From positions 7,489 to 71,488 of the forward strand of contig CAZXWC010000001.1 of the NCBI GenBank assembly GCA_964644525.1: 64,000 bases of DNA, given 5' to 3'. The notes beneath the pieces were generated by a model. The model was not told the DNA's origin. It searched no databases and saw only the letters and a list, made by a program, of their open reading frames with translations. How positions within the stretch are numbered: position 1 is the stretch's first letter; every line of letters starts with the position of its first letter. This DNA comes from an uncultured Peptostreptococcaceae bacterium (lineage in GTDB: Bacteria; Bacillota; Clostridia; Peptostreptococcales; BM714). The translations under genes were made by a program, and so were the position numbers. Positions 54,825 through 64,000 of the stretch are shown in pieces.

Positions 54825-55457
54825 TCATTTCCTCATCTGCAATATGAATGGATTGCTTTTTCTTTCAATTCCTATTGTTGTTTCAGGTCCATGGCCAGGA
54901 AATACCCTTGTATCATCCGAAAGTTTCATGAGTTTATCCATTATCGAAGACATCAATGCTCCCATCGAACCCTTATCTAAATCCGTTCTTCCAATTGAGC
55001 CTCTGAAAAGAGTGTCACCCGAAAAAAGAGCGTCCTCGACTTTTAAACATATTCCTCCCGCAGAGTGTCCGGGAGTATGAATTACTAGGGCATTTATTTC
55101 ATCTACCCTTACGGTATCGCCTTCTTTCAACAAACCGTCTTCATGGAAGCTTATGATATTGCCTCCAGACATTGCCGACATGTTTCTTTCGGCATCATGC
55201 AACATGTATGCGTCTTTTTTGTGAATCAGTATCTCTGCATTTGTTATTCGCCTTAGTTCTTCGGCTGCCCCAATATGATCCAGATGTCCGTGTGTCAAAA
55301 TTATTTTTTTAGCTTTAAGCTTACGCTTTTGTAAATATCGGACTATGTCTTTCACATTGCCACCCGGATCTACAATCATGGCTTCATTCAATTCCCCGCT
55401 ATTAACAATATAGCAATTTGCTGCATAAATTCCTGTTACAAAACGTTCAATGTTCAT
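54825..55457 (-). CDS. MBL-fold metallo-hydrolase (glyoxalase II-like)
   Basis: LTHGHLDHIG motif. ATG 55457 lies behind an AGGTGGTG SD; the ORF-track start at 55490 overlaps dtd. Confidence 0.85.
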   Translation of the reverse strand: MNIERFVTGIYAANCYIVNSGELNEAMIVDPGGNVKDIVRYLQKRKLKAKKIILTHGHLDHIGAAEELRRITNAEILIHKKDAYMLHDAERNMSAMSGGNIISFHEDGLLKEGDTVRVDEINALVIHTPGHSAGGICLKVEDALFSGDTLFRGSIGRTDLDKGSMGALMSSIMDKLMKLSDDTRVFPGHGPETTIGIERKSNPFILQMRK

Positions 55458-55467
55458 TTTGCACCAC

Positions 55468-55917
55468 CTAAAATTTTTTATTGCTGTCAACTAGAAGTGT
55501 GACAGGGCCATCATTTTGTATATCCACCATCATGTGCGTTTGAAAAACACCCGTTTCAACATGAATCCCAAGCATCTTAGCCTCTTCAACAAACATTTCG
55601 TAGAGATCGTTTGCCTTGTCTGGCTTTGCAGCATCAGTGAATCCCGGACGCCTTCCTTTCCTGCAATCTGCAAGCAATGTGAACTGAGATATTACAAGCA
55701 TTTCGCCTTTCGTATCCAAAAGCGAAAGATTCATTTTTTCATTCTCGTCTTCGAAAATCCTCAAATTTGCTATTTTTTCCACCATATATTTTGAATCCTT
55801 CGTCCCGTCGCCTTCCTCCACACCCAAAAGCACCGTGAGCCCTTTTTCTATTTCCCCTCTTGTATCTCCATCTACCGAAACGCTAGATCTAGAAACTCTT
55901 TGAACAACAGCTCTCAT
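55468..55917 (-). CDS. dtd: D-aminoacyl-tRNA deacylase
   Basis: [17 protein letters not shown]...SQFTLLAD...GRRP, 149 aa. Confidence 0.95.
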   Translation of the reverse strand: MRAVVQRVSRSSVSVDGDTRGEIEKGLTVLLGVEEGDGTKDSKYMVEKIANLRIFEDENEKMNLSLLDTKGEMLVISQFTLLADCRKGRRPGFTDAAKPDKANDLYEMFVEEAKMLGIHVETGVFQTHMMVDIQNDGPVTLLVDSNKKF

Positions 55918-55927
55918 ATTTATCCTC

Positions 55928-58111
55928 CTACGAAGTCACACGCTTGACATCCATCACTTCAGGTTTGTTCTTCAATTTCATTATAAGTTTTTCCAATTGG
56001 CTTGTATCAAAAATCAGTATCGTCAAATTTATTATTGCCAATTTTTCTTTTGTTATCTTTGCATTAACTCCAACCACTTCCAAATTTACTTCCGCAATAA
56101 TATTTGTGATTTCGGAAAGCAGACCTTTTCTGTCAGGAGCCACAATCTGTATCCCTGTTTCATAAGAAGTATCCTTGTCTCTGTTCCATTCAACCTCTAT
56201 AAAGCGGTCAGCTGTCTTATCTTCGTTCTTAATATTGGGACAATCTTTGCGATGAATCGTTATTCCCCTGCCACGGGTTATGAAACCTATTATGTCGTCT
56301 CCCGGAACCGGGCTGCAGCATTTGGCAAAACGAACTAATATGCTGTCTATCCCCTTAACAGTTATTCCCTGGTCCTGTTTTCGTTTTTTCTTGTCCGCTT
56401 TATCCGTTTTCTTTTTTGTTTTTTCAGCCAATTCTTCTTCTACAGTCATTTTTTTGTCGTCTTTATGCTCAAACCTGAATTTTTCCTTCAGCTTTGGCAT
56501 GACCTGGTTGAGGGAAATGCCACCATATCCCAAAGATGCATATAAATCTTCAATAGCATTTAGGCTGAGTTTCTTTACTACCGAATTGAGCCAGTCAACC
56601 TGTAGAAGCTCTTTTGTGGAGTAGCCAAGCCTTTTGACTTCCTTTTCGAGCATGTCCTTACCCTTTAAGACATTTTCCTCTTTACGCTCTTTCTTATACC
56701 ATTGCTTTATTTTATTTTTTGCCTGGGTGCTTTTTACAAATTTTAGCCAATCTCTGCTTGGCCCGTTGGAATGGGCGCTGGTTATAACCTCTACTATATT
56801 CCCCGTTTTCAGCTTGTAATCCAAGGGAACGATTCTTCCATCCACTTTGCCTCCTATGCAACTGTTGCCGACTCCTGAATGAATCTTATAGGCAAAGTCA
56901 ACCGGTGTTGAACCCACCGGAAGCTCCACTACGTCCCCTTTTGGCGTAAAAACAAAAACCTGATTAGTAAACAAATCTATCTTGAGGGATTCTACAAATT
57001 CCTTGGGATCTTTTAAGTCTCTTTGCCACTCAAGCATTTGCCTCAGCCATGTGAGTTTCTTATCTATGTTCTCCTCTTCCACCCGGCCTTCCTTGTATTT
57101 CCAATGGGCAGCGATACCGTATTCAGCTATTTTATGCATGTCTTCGGTTCTTATCTGTATTTCAAATGGCTCGCCTTTCGGTCCTATTACCGTAGTATGG
57201 AGAGACTGATACATATTGGTCTTTGGCATTGCTATATAGTCCTTAAACCTGCCGGGTATTGGTTTCCAAAGAGTATGGGCCATACCCAACACTCCATAAC
57301 AATCTTTTATGTTGTCAACAATAACACGTATGGCAGTCAAATCGAATATTTCTTCGAAACTCTTTTTTTGGTAAACCATTTTTTTGTATATGCTGTAAAA
57401 ATGTTTTGGGCGTCCGGTAATTTCATACTTCATTCCCATATCGACCAATGATGCGTCAAGCATTTTTATTACAGTCTTAATGTATTCTTCCCTTTCCTCG
57501 CGTTTTTTATTTACTTTTTCGTTTAGTTCATAATATCCTTCCGGATCTATGAACCTGAGCGAAGTATCTTCAAGCTCCGATTTGATTTTCGATATCCCCA
57601 GCCTATCAGCGATTGGCGCATAAATTTCTATGGTTTCCATGGCCTTTTCTTTTTTCTTTTCTTCATTCATATACTCCAGGGTTCTCATATTGTGAAGCCT
57701 GTCCGCAAGCTTTATTATTATTACACGTATGTCCTTTGCCATAGCGAGGAACATTTTTCTAAGATTTTCTGCCTGCCTTTCTTCTTTTGACTCATATTTC
57801 AAACGCGTAAGTTTAGTAACCCCGTCAACCAGCCAGGCAACTTCCTCTCCGAATTCGGCCGCTATTTCATCATATTCATACTTTGTGTCCTCAAGTACAT
57901 CATGAAGCAAACCAGCAACTATTGTATCATCATCCATTTCAAGTTCTGCCAATATAAGAGCAACCTGCAAGGGGTGCGTAAAATATTTTTCTCCGGATTT
58001 GCGAAGCTGCCCCTCATGGGCACTTTCCGCAAAGTGATAGGCCTTGATAATATTGGTGTATTCAATATTAGGATTATGCTGTTGTATTTGTATAATAAAA
58101 TTCTCCAACAT
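55928..58111 (-). CDS. relA: Bifunctional (p)ppGpp synthetase/hydrolase RelA/SpoT (Rel)
   Basis: HD domain (LLHDVLEDT), synthetase domain, and TGS and ACT C-terminal domains. ATG 58111 lies behind AAGAGGGAAA. A promoter lies inside the ORF-track N-terminal extension. Confidence 0.95.
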   Translation of the reverse strand: MLENFIIQIQQHNPNIEYTNIIKAYHFAESAHEGQLRKSGEKYFTHPLQVALILAELEMDDDTIVAGLLHDVLEDTKYEYDEIAAEFGEEVAWLVDGVTKLTRLKYESKEERQAENLRKMFLAMAKDIRVIIIKLADRLHNMRTLEYMNEEKKKEKAMETIEIYAPIADRLGISKIKSELEDTSLRFIDPEGYYELNEKVNKKREEREEYIKTVIKMLDASLVDMGMKYEITGRPKHFYSIYKKMVYQKKSFEEIFDLTAIRVIVDNIKDCYGVLGMAHTLWKPIPGRFKDYIAMPKTNMYQSLHTTVIGPKGEPFEIQIRTEDMHKIAEYGIAAHWKYKEGRVEEENIDKKLTWLRQMLEWQRDLKDPKEFVESLKIDLFTNQVFVFTPKGDVVELPVGSTPVDFAYKIHSGVGNSCIGGKVDGRIVPLDYKLKTGNIVEVITSAHSNGPSRDWLKFVKSTQAKNKIKQWYKKERKEENVLKGKDMLEKEVKRLGYSTKELLQVDWLNSVVKKLSLNAIEDLYASLGYGGISLNQVMPKLKEKFRFEHKDDKKMTVEEELAEKTKKKTDKADKKKRKQDQGITVKGIDSILVRFAKCCSPVPGDDIIGFITRGRGITIHRKDCPNIKNEDKTADRFIEVEWNRDKDTSYETGIQIVAPDRKGLLSEITNIIAEVNLEVVGVNAKITKEKLAIINLTILIFDTSQLEKLIMKLKNKPEVMDVKRVTS

Positions 58112-58148
58112 TAATTTCCCTCTTTTCTCGCAGTGAAAATTTAAATTC

Positions 58149-58177
58149 ATTATATACCAAAGGGCATTTTAAAACAA
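58149..58177 (-). promoter_or_regulatory. Promoter of relA
   Basis: TTGTTT, 17-nt spacer, TATAAT on the minus strand. The -35 box overlaps the apt terminator arm. Confidence 0.5.
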
Positions 58178-58207
58178 TGCAGCGGATAAATCGCATCCGC
58201 TGCATTG
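58167..58207 (-). terminator. Rho-independent terminator of apt
   Basis: CAATGCAGCGGAT-N7-ATCCGCTGCATTG followed by TTTTAAAA in the minus-strand sense. Confidence 0.85.
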
Positions 58208-58258
58208 TTACGGTAAATGTCAAATGTTTCCTTATTAGCATTGCATGTGAGAAAAAAC

Positions 58259-58771
58259 TTAATATTTCAAAACAGATTCAATCCTGTAATTTCCAAGCAT
58301 TTCCCTTCCATTCAGAAATTCGAGTTCCATTAAGAATAGAATCCCGACAACTTGTCCACCCAATTTTTCAACCATTTTTACAACAGAAGCGATTGTCCCT
58401 CCAGTAGCAAGCAAATCATCGACAATCAAAACCCTCTGTCCTTTTTCTATGCCGTCAGTATGCATTTGCAAAACGTCCGTTCCATACTCCAGTTCATATC
58501 CATAATCCAGCGTTTCTGCCGGCAGTTTTCCGGGTTTTCTAACAGGGACAAAGCCTTTTTTCATTTTATAGGAAATCGGTGCACCTATCAGAAATCCTCT
58601 CGCTTCGGGAGCAACAACAACATCAAAAGAAATGTCCTTCACTTTTTCAATGCAGGAATCTATTGATTCTTTGTAAGCCTCTCCATCTTTCAAAAGCGTC
58701 GTTATATCCTTGAAACTGATTCCTTCCTTTGGAAAATCCTCAATAGCTCTTATTTTATCTTTCAATCCCAT
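58259..58771 (-). CDS. apt: Adenine phosphoribosyltransferase
   Basis: MGLKDKIRAIEDFPKEGISFKDIT...VLIVDDLLATGGT. AAGGAGGA SD before ATG 58771. Confidence 0.95.
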   Translation of the reverse strand: MGLKDKIRAIEDFPKEGISFKDITTLLKDGEAYKESIDSCIEKVKDISFDVVVAPEARGFLIGAPISYKMKKGFVPVRKPGKLPAETLDYGYELEYGTDVLQMHTDGIEKGQRVLIVDDLLATGGTIASVVKMVEKLGGQVVGILFLMELEFLNGREMLGNYRIESVLKY

Positions 58772-58799
58772 GTTTTCCTCCTTCAAATCATATTGTCTG

Positions 58800-61184
58800 C
58801 TAATATTCGTTCAGTTTTTTAAAGAGAGCATTTTCAAATATGTCTATTTTTTCTTCAGGCGTCTTGCAGACTCCATATTTTCCTTTTTTAAATTCGATGA
58901 GGCCGCAATCTTCCAATATCCAAAGAGACGCATTTAGCTTTAGGAATGGCGCGTCCACTTTTTTTTCTATTTCCCTTTGCCCTGCAAAACCATTTCCCAT
59001 AAGGGTCTTGTAAATATCGACAAGATGCTTTCTGTCCGGGATCATCTCTCTTACCATTCTTTCAAAAGATTCTTTGTCCGACAATTCGGAAACATCGATG
59101 CAGTCCATTTCACAAAGCATTTGGTGTCCGTCGAAATTAATAATTCTTTTGTAATTTCTTTGGGCGAAAAATTCTTTGTCGGGCAAAACCGCTATATGGA
59201 ATGCCTGTCCAAGCGGTTGCTCCTTTCCAAAACAAAAATTTTCAGATATATTGAACGCCTTGGGAAAATGTTCCTCCAAATATTCAACAAGTCTATGCAA
59301 TCCGTCCAGCGTGTATACCGCAACAACGGTTTCATCGTCACAAAACATATCCAAAATTGATTTTTTCTCTTTTTTATAACACTCTGCGCAGTTTATATAA
59401 TCCTTTTGAGACATATTTTTTAAAAAAGCCGGAAAAGCATTGAGATATCTTCTCCCCAAATAGCCTTCGGCGTAACATGCCGTTTCTTTTATTCTGACGT
59501 CCTTCAGATTAAGCTGTATTGACTGAACATTCCTGAACACATTTTTTTCCAGATTAAATGCAACATCCATTCTTTGGTTCTTTTTTAGAAAAGAGCTGTA
59601 TTTGTCCATATTAAAGCCTATTGCGTCGAAGACCCTGTTGCTTTCCGAAAAAGAAGCCTTAAGATGCTTTCCGTTCTTGCCAACATATCTAAAACTATCC
59701 AGTTTTAGATTTCTCAAAACAAACTTGGGTCGCGGATTGCCGCATCCGAACGGTGCCATAAGGCTTATTTCATCGATTGTTTTAAAATCGATTTTCTTTG
59801 CGTCAACTACTGAATCAATATTTATCTTTGCTTCAAGTTCCGCTTCCGTTATATCCTCCGCTGCCAAAGCCTCAATTTCATTTTTAAATAAACTTATATC
59901 CTTCTCGGCAATTGAAAAACCGGCGGCATATTTATGCCCTCCAAATTTGATAAAGCGCGATCTGCAGGAATCCAGCAACTCATAGATGTCAACCGCTCCA
60001 AAAGAACGGCACGAGGCTTTTCCAATCGATTCATCGATTGCAATAATAACAACCGGCCTGCAGTATTTTTCGCTTATTTTTGATGCAACAATTCCTATTA
60101 TTCCAGAATCCCAACCAGTCTTGGCTAAAACAATTATATTTTTCTCGTTTAATTTTTCTTCATTTATCAGGGCTTCAGCTTGGGCAAAGATATTTTCTTC
60201 TATGGACCGCCTTTGCACGTTCATATCGTTTAAGCAATTCGCCAACTTATACGCATTGGCAGAATCTTGCGATAAAAGTAGCTCTAAAGCGGTGTCCGCA
60301 CTGCCCAATCTTCCAGCCGCATTTATTCTAGGCGCCAACATGAATGCAATATGCCCTGCATCGACAAATCTGTCCGAAAGTCCTGAAACAGATTTTAAAG
60401 CAATCAAGCCCGGATTTCTGCTCCTTCTAAGCACTTCAAGGCCTTTTTTCACGATGATTCTGTTTTCATCCGTCAACGGAACCACGTCGGCAACTGTCCC
60501 TAACGCCGACAATTCCAAATAAGGACCCGGGTCATCCTTTTCATCAAGGAGGGCCTGGACCAGTTTGAAGGCTATGCCTGCCCCCGCCAGCTCACTGAAT
60601 CCGAATCCGCAATCATCCCTTTTGGGATTAACAACAGCACAGGCCTTCGGTAAATCCAAGGCAGGCTTGTGGTGGTCTGTAACTATAATATCCATTGCAA
60701 GCGTTTTCCCATATTCGATTTCATCAAAAGAGGATATCCCGCAATCCACAGTTATCATCAATCCGCATCCCTTTTCGGATATGGCTCGTACAGCTTCTTT
60801 GTTTAGGCCATATCCTTCTGTTTTCCTGTCCGGTATATGGTGGATAACACTATTGTATCCAATATTCCTAAAATACGACAGCAGTATGGCTGTTGATGTT
60901 ACCCCATCAACATCGTAATCTCCATAAACACAAATGGTTTCATTTCTGTTTATGGCTTTCTTTATTCTTTCAACCGCCTCATTCATATCCTTCAAATTAA
61001 AAGAATTCCTCATCCTGTCAAGTGAAGGATTTAAATAGACTTCCACATCTGTTGATTTCGCCATATTTCTATTGCAAAGCAGGGATGCTGTCATTTCACT
61101 TATTTTAAACTCCGTGACAAGCCTGCCTACATCAGCCGGATCAGCTTTCGGTTTAACGTCCCATCGATTGCTTTTGAATATCAT
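58800..61184 (-). CDS. recJ: Single-stranded-DNA-specific exonuclease RecJ
   Basis: 794 aa with DHH motifs (YGDYDVDGVTS, VTDHH), a DHHA1 domain (GGHKYAAG) and a long C-terminal extension as in Firmicute RecJ. Confidence 0.93.
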   Translation of the reverse strand: MIFKSNRWDVKPKADPADVGRLVTEFKISEMTASLLCNRNMAKSTDVEVYLNPSLDRMRNSFNLKDMNEAVERIKKAINRNETICVYGDYDVDGVTSTAILLSYFRNIGYNSVIHHIPDRKTEGYGLNKEAVRAISEKGCGLMITVDCGISSFDEIEYGKTLAMDIIVTDHHKPALDLPKACAVVNPKRDDCGFGFSELAGAGIAFKLVQALLDEKDDPGPYLELSALGTVADVVPLTDENRIIVKKGLEVLRRSRNPGLIALKSVSGLSDRFVDAGHIAFMLAPRINAAGRLGSADTALELLLSQDSANAYKLANCLNDMNVQRRSIEENIFAQAEALINEEKLNEKNIIVLAKTGWDSGIIGIVASKISEKYCRPVVIIAIDESIGKASCRSFGAVDIYELLDSCRSRFIKFGGHKYAAGFSIAEKDISLFKNEIEALAAEDITEAELEAKINIDSVVDAKKIDFKTIDEISLMAPFGCGNPRPKFVLRNLKLDSFRYVGKNGKHLKASFSESNRVFDAIGFNMDKYSSFLKKNQRMDVAFNLEKNVFRNVQSIQLNLKDVRIKETACYAEGYLGRRYLNAFPAFLKNMSQKDYINCAECYKKEKKSILDMFCDDETVVAVYTLDGLHRLVEYLEEHFPKAFNISENFCFGKEQPLGQAFHIAVLPDKEFFAQRNYKRIINFDGHQMLCEMDCIDVSELSDKESFERMVREMIPDRKHLVDIYKTLMGNGFAGQREIEKKVDAPFLKLNASLWILEDCGLIEFKKGKYGVCKTPEEKIDIFENALFKKLNEY

Positions 61185-61199
61185 TGCAACTCCTGACCT

Positions 61200-61571
61200 T
61201 TATTTTTTCTCTATAGCGTCTTCTCCAAGTTCATCTTTTGCTTTTTCAGCCCTTTTAGCCTCTTCTTCTTGCAATTTCGCCTTTTCTTCCGCAGCTTTGA
61301 TTTCGGCTTTTTTGTAGCCCTCTATTTCTTTTTCGAGAACTTTAATTTTGCCATTTAGCTTTCTTGCCTTTAGGCCACTCTTTAATTTGCTGAAAATTGC
61401 AAAGAGCCCCATTATAAGCGCACCAAATGCTGCCGAAACAAGTATTACGACTGATTGTGCAACTTCCACAGTCCCGATGAAATAGCTGATTTCTATCATT
61501 TCGGAATTAATAACTGCAAAAAGCGCAACTACTACCGCAAACAAAAGCGACAATATAAAATAGATTTGCAT
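61200..61571 (-). CDS. LapA/DUF1049-like membrane protein with charged coiled-coil tail
   Basis: Two TM helices, then KIKVLEKEIEGYKKAEIKAAEEKAKLQEEEAKRAEKAK. Confidence 0.6.
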   Translation of the reverse strand: MQIYFILSLLFAVVVALFAVINSEMIEISYFIGTVEVAQSVVILVSAAFGALIMGLFAIFSKLKSGLKARKLNGKIKVLEKEIEGYKKAEIKAAEEKAKLQEEEAKRAEKAKDELGEDAIEKK

Positions 61572-61666
61572 AGCATTCCCTCCAGTATTTGATAGTAATG
61601 GTTTCTATATTCATACCCCTATTCCTTCAACATCAATAAAATTTATTTAGGAGTCGATGTAAATTC

Positions 61667-61690
61667 AAATGGCGGCATAAGCCGCCATTT
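61667..61690 (-). terminator. Hairpin after secF (probable terminator)
   Basis: AAATGGCGGC-ATAA-GCCGCCATTT. The U-run is short. Confidence 0.55.
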
Positions 61691-61710
61691 GATCAATCCA
61701 ATTTTAACAT

Positions 61711-62598
61711 CTATACAGCTTTGTAACTGTGTTTCTTGCTTTCATGATTTTTCCAATTTGCCCAAACCGGGCTAGCTATGAAAATAGATGAATATGTCCC
61801 TGTAAGGACGCCCGCCAAAAGCGGCAGGGCAAATTCCTTTATTGACTCCACTCCCAGCACATAAAGACTTCCTATTACTAGCAAAGTTGTCAGGGAGGTG
61901 TTCAAAGACCTTCTGAGTGTCTGTTTAATACTTATGTCGGCAACTTCAAAGTGACTTTTTTTGTTCATATACTTTATATTTTCCCTGAGCCTGTCAAAAA
62001 CTACAATGGTATCATTTATGGAATACCCCACAATTGTAAGTATTGCAGCTATCACCGAACTGTTGACAGGTATTCTGAAAATGGAATATATAGCAATAAC
62101 TATAAGCACATCATGCATAAGAGCAATTATTGCCGAAACTCCAAACTTGTATTCAAAGCGGAAGGTTACATACATAAGCATTCCGATTGATGCAAGCAAT
62201 ATTGAAATCAAGGCCTTGTCCTTTATTTCGTCCCCTATTGTCGGGCCAAACTGCTCGGTTTGCCCGAATGCAGAATCATCTATTCCAAATGCCTCTTTCG
62301 CCGCATTGAAAATTTCTATTCTTTCCGCATTTGAAAGATTGACCTTGGTCTTTATTATAACCTCGTGATTTTCGGACCCCGCATGTATTATGTCCGCATC
62401 GAGTTCATACGGCACAAGAACCGCCTGTATTTCCTCTACATTGAACTCTCTCCCCATATCGAATTGCATCATAGTTCCACCAGTGAAATCAATCCCAAAA
62501 TTCAATCCTGATACAGTGGCTATTATCAAGCCCATAATAATAATTGCCGAAGAGATTCCAAACCATATTTTGTATCTTTCGCAAATTTTAAATTTCAT
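61711..62598 (-). CDS. secF: Protein translocase subunit SecF
   Basis: 295 aa. 4-nt overlap with secD. SecF-typical GIDFTGG motif and TM pattern. Confidence 0.93.
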   Translation of the reverse strand: MKFKICERYKIWFGISSAIIIMGLIIATVSGLNFGIDFTGGTMMQFDMGREFNVEEIQAVLVPYELDADIIHAGSENHEVIIKTKVNLSNAERIEIFNAAKEAFGIDDSAFGQTEQFGPTIGDEIKDKALISILLASIGMLMYVTFRFEYKFGVSAIIALMHDVLIVIAIYSIFRIPVNSSVIAAILTIVGYSINDTIVVFDRLRENIKYMNKKSHFEVADISIKQTLRRSLNTSLTTLLVIGSLYVLGVESIKEFALPLLAGVLTGTYSSIFIASPVWANWKNHESKKHSYKAV

Positions 62599-63866
62599 CT
62601 TTGCTCCCCTCCATACGCGCCATACATCTTGACATTCTTAGTCAAATTCATGCCCACAAAAATCCTAAGGAGCATTTTTGTCACTACAACAGCCGTAAAC
62701 ATACTAGCTACAATACCTATCATCAATGTGATTGCAAAACCTTTAATCGGGCCCAATCCGAAATAATACAGCACAATTGCAGCTATGAATGTAGTCACGT
62801 TGGCATCAACAATGGTTCGCAACGCCTTTGTAAAACCCGAATCCACAGATGCCCTTAGGGTCTTTCCGTTTCTGATTTCCTCTTTAATCCGTTCAAATAT
62901 TATTACGTTTGCATCCACAGCCATTCCTATGGACAAGACAAGCCCCGCCACTCCTGGAAGCGTCAATGTAGCATTCATGAATATAAGAGTATAAAGAACA
63001 GTCACAATATAAAGCATAAGTGCCATGCTCGCCACAAGTCCGGGTATCCTGTAATAAGAAATCATGAATACCAACACCATCAAAAGACCTATAAGCCCGG
63101 CCCTAACACTTGTGTTTAGCGAATTTATTCCCAAAGTTGCACCAATTGCCTTGGTTTGCACTTCCACCAAATCAACCGGCAATGCCCCTCCCCTTATCAG
63201 TGCGGCAAGATTCGAGGCTTCGTCAACAGTAAATTCGCCAACTATTATAGCTGTTCCGCCGGATATTTGACTGTCAACCCTCGGCGCAGAAATTATTTCA
63301 TCATCAAGAACTATGGGCATCATATTGTTCGGAGACGCTAATTGAGCAACTTCTTTGGTCCCAAGCCTGAAAGCCTCTGTCCCGTCTCCATTGAATTCCA
63401 AGGCTACTGCCGGCTTGTCCGTCTTTGGATCAAAAGTCAATTCCGCATTTTTTACCTGCTCGCCTGTCAGAATAACTGTTCCATCATACATTACAAATTG
63501 AAGCTGCGCGGTCTTGCCTATTGCCTCTATCGCGTCCTGGGCATCGCTTACACCCGGGAGTTCTACCCTTATCCTTTTACTTCCTTCACGAACTATATTC
63601 GGTTCGGTCAAACCCATCGCATCCACTCGCCTTCTGATAACTTCCTGGGTTTGATTCATTGTCTTAGCCAAAGCCTCTCCCGTTTCATCTGTGTCGGCTT
63701 CCAAAACCACGTACGCTCCACCCTCGATGTCAAGTCCAAGTTTCATTGAATCGCTGATGGAATCAACTTTAAGATTCCCCGCATCGATGCCATTTAAAGC
63801 TGTAAACACTGCTGCAATTACAACCAAGACTACGACTATGAAAAGTGTGATGTTCTTTGTTTTCAT
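62595..63866 (-). CDS. secD: Protein translocase subunit SecD
   Basis: 423 aa with LGLDIEGG and a C-terminal RND-like TM bundle. AAGGAGGAAAG SD. Confidence 0.93.
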   Translation of the reverse strand: MKTKNITLFIVVVLVVIAAVFTALNGIDAGNLKVDSISDSMKLGLDIEGGAYVVLEADTDETGEALAKTMNQTQEVIRRRVDAMGLTEPNIVREGSKRIRVELPGVSDAQDAIEAIGKTAQLQFVMYDGTVILTGEQVKNAELTFDPKTDKPAVALEFNGDGTEAFRLGTKEVAQLASPNNMMPIVLDDEIISAPRVDSQISGGTAIIVGEFTVDEASNLAALIRGGALPVDLVEVQTKAIGATLGINSLNTSVRAGLIGLLMVLVFMISYYRIPGLVASMALMLYIVTVLYTLIFMNATLTLPGVAGLVLSIGMAVDANVIIFERIKEEIRNGKTLRASVDSGFTKALRTIVDANVTTFIAAIVLYYFGLGPIKGFAITLMIGIVASMFTAVVVTKMLLRIFVGMNLTKNVKMYGAYGGEQR

Positions 63867-63887
63867 AGCATCTTTCCTCCTTGTGTT

Positions 63888-64000
63888 TTATTTATAATCC
63901 AACGCCAGTTCTACATAATTTCTAGCTGAAATTTCAAAATAATCCATTTCCTCTTTTGTCAATGAACGCACAACCTTGCCCGGTGTCCCCATAACCATCG
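63888..64000 (-). CDS. C-terminal end of a gamma-carbonic-anhydrase-like / hexapeptide-repeat protein (N-terminus outside window)
   Basis: Own translation: ...MVMGTPGKVVRSLTKEEMDYFEISARNYVELALDYK*. This resembles the C-terminal helix of the gamma-CA/YrdA family. Confidence 0.55.
   Translation of the reverse strand, partial: MVMGTPGKVVRSLTKEEMDYFEISARNYVELALDYK

Noticed and set aside
1-64000. Looked for CRISPR arrays, tandem or direct repeat families, IS elements, integrases, phage genes, rRNA, additional tRNAs and toxin-antitoxin pairs.
   Set aside because: None is recognisable by eye. Intergenic space is small and is accounted for by promoters, terminators, one T-box and leaders. A systematic repeat search was not possible without tools.
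20796-64000. Extreme strand bias: every gene except the dacB-like gene is on the minus strand.
   Set aside because: This is consistent with leading-strand gene orientation bias in Firmicutes and is not evidence of a special element.

Overview
This is a 64-kb, gene-dense core chromosomal segment of a low-GC Firmicute, with about 66 genes. All genes from 20.8 kb onward lie on the minus strand except the dacB-like gene. Gene content and synteny point to an anaerobic Clostridia/Tissierellia-type organism: lepA-hemW-hrcA with a perfect CIRCE, comEC-holA-rpsT, rplU-prp-rpmA-obg-yhbY-nadD-yqeK-rsfS-leuS, maf-radC-mreBCD-mrdA-rodA, rnfCDGEAB, relA-dtd, recJ and secDF. The species cannot be named from sequence alone. 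I saw no transposases, integrases, prophage genes, CRISPR arrays or rRNA. The one RNA gene is tRNA-Sec (anticodon UCA). It sits in a selenocysteine-decoding locus (selA-selB-selC plus selD), and selD itself carries an in-frame UGA (Sec) that splits it in the ORF track. The best candidate for an undescribed system is a six-gene cassette at 48.7-52.4 kb, immediately upstream of and co-directional with rnfCDGEAB. It encodes two paralogous DRTGG-domain proteins, two GHKL/HATPase proteins, a PHP phosphoesterase and a [FeFe]-hydrogenase-like Fe-S protein. The Fe-S protein keeps the four H-cluster cysteines but lacks the proton-relay cysteine, and its C-terminus aligns without gaps to the N-terminal Fe-S module of RnfB. 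No DNA-binding, sigma, STAS, receiver or HisKA domain is visible, so the output mechanism is unknown. Secondary items: a solitary Eco57I/TaqI-family N6-adenine methyltransferase with no nuclease partner; an uncharacterised three-gene operon next to it; a radical-SAM pair coupled to RNase E/G; a long structured leader in front of an alanine/glycine:cation symporter; a G8 tract in the hemW Shine-Dalgarno; a possible non-canonical rsfS start; and a 954-aa PBP2 with three large insertions. All product calls rest on my own reading of motifs and synteny. No database search was run.
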